The notes under the pieces were generated by a model. The model made no database searches, was not told where the DNA came from, and saw only the letters and a list, made by a program, of their open reading frames with translations. Positions 63,749 through 64,000 of a DNA stretch of 64,000 bases are shown piece by piece. Location of the stretch: contig CAZLZN010000002.1 of assembly GCA_964564035.1 (NCBI GenBank), positions 20,898 through 84,897 on the forward strand, given 5' to 3'. Positions within the stretch are counted from its first letter, which is position 1. Each line of letters begins with the position of its first letter. The position numbers and the translations under genes were made by a program. The stretch comes from an uncultured Gammaproteobacteria bacterium. GTDB lineage: Bacteria > Patescibacteriota > Microgenomatia > Levybacterales > UBA12049.

Positions 63749-64000
63749 GCGCTTTTCTCAACTGCTTTTACGATAGCCGGAACCAGCTTTTTATTAAAAA
63801 TAGAAGTAATAAACTTGTCCGGAGTCGGCTTCGTAATTAATGACGCGATCGCGTAAGCTGTATTAATTTTAATCTCTTCAGTTAGCCTGGTTTTCCTCGC
63901 GAGAAGAAGTCCCTTGAATAATCCCGGAAAAACCAAAGCGTTATTTATCTGATTGGGAAAATCACTTCGCCCTGTACCCATTATTTTCACGCCGTACTTC
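63745..64000 (-). CDS. NAD(P)-dependent malic enzyme, C-terminal part (5' end outside window)
   Basis: GTGRSDFPNQINNALVFPG is the malic-enzyme NAD-domain motif. The frame stays open to the window edge; the listed start is an internal GTG. Confidence 0.7.
   Translation of the reverse strand, partial: KYGVKIMGTGRSDFPNQINNALVFPGLFKGLLLARKTRLTEEIKINTAYAIASLITKPTPDKFITSIFNKKLVPAIVKAVEKSA

Noticed and set aside
1-64000. Looked for CRISPR arrays, rRNA, transposases, integrases, reverse transcriptases, phage structural genes and alternative-code (UGA recoding) signatures.
   Set aside because: No regularly spaced direct repeats, no rRNA-like conserved blocks and no recognisable mobile-element enzymes turned up among the translated ORFs. 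Conserved genes are uninterrupted with TGA as a stop (for example at 2053..2055), so code 11 applies.

Overview
This is an AT-rich, very gene-dense bacterial window with about 75 CDS and 1 tRNA. It uses the standard code: TGA acts as a stop and no recoding is needed. I saw no rRNA, CRISPR array, transposase, integrase or reverse transcriptase.

The gene content suggests an uncultivated small-genome lineage (CPR/Patescibacteria-like). The pointers are an archaeal-type AspRS, a GatB/YqeY protein, DUF3048, a half-size TsaB, many membrane-anchored orphans and ArnT/GT2-GtrA glycosylation genes. This is inference only; no search was run.

Layout:
- 1-7.4 kb: secDF, a guanine deaminase and an ABC-2 exporter.
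- 7.4-8.5 kb: a 665-bp gene-free stretch, then a TrpR-family gene bracketed by 21-bp direct repeats.
- 8.5-11.6 kb: cca and recJ.
- 11.7-13.9 kb: an orphan minus-strand pair, a divergent RelA/SpoT-like nucleotidyltransferase plus a ParB/Srx-fold (DGHHR) protein. This is my best candidate for an undescribed system.
- 13.9-20.1 kb: aspS, a PBP5-type carboxypeptidase, gltX, dgkA and tRNA-Gln(CUG).
- 20.2-22.9 kb: an accessory-looking patch with an AAC(6')-like GNAT, a DUF1428 stub, an SDR lacking the catalytic Tyr and a 314-aa orphan.
- 23.1-34.3 kb: an 11-gene minus-strand trp/aro supraoperon, trpE-G-D-(C/F)-B-A-(aroA/aroK)-aroE-aroD-aroC-chorismate mutase. Its promoter carries an E. coli-like tandem-CTAG trp operator.
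- 34.5-38.4 kb: an XRE regulator, a thioredoxin-like protein with DipZ, and PsiE-like and PH-domain proteins.
- 38.4-51.5 kb: hom and a 12-kb surface-glycan cluster.
- 51.5-64 kb: a CAP-domain protein, a t6A cluster (tsaE, orphan, tsaC, mini-tsaB), a lamin-tail-domain protein, ABC-2 exporter genes, ftsEX with a coiled-coil cysteine peptidase, a response regulator, yjbQ, purA and a partial malic enzyme.

All calls rest on motif recognition from the supplied translations and direct reading of the DNA.
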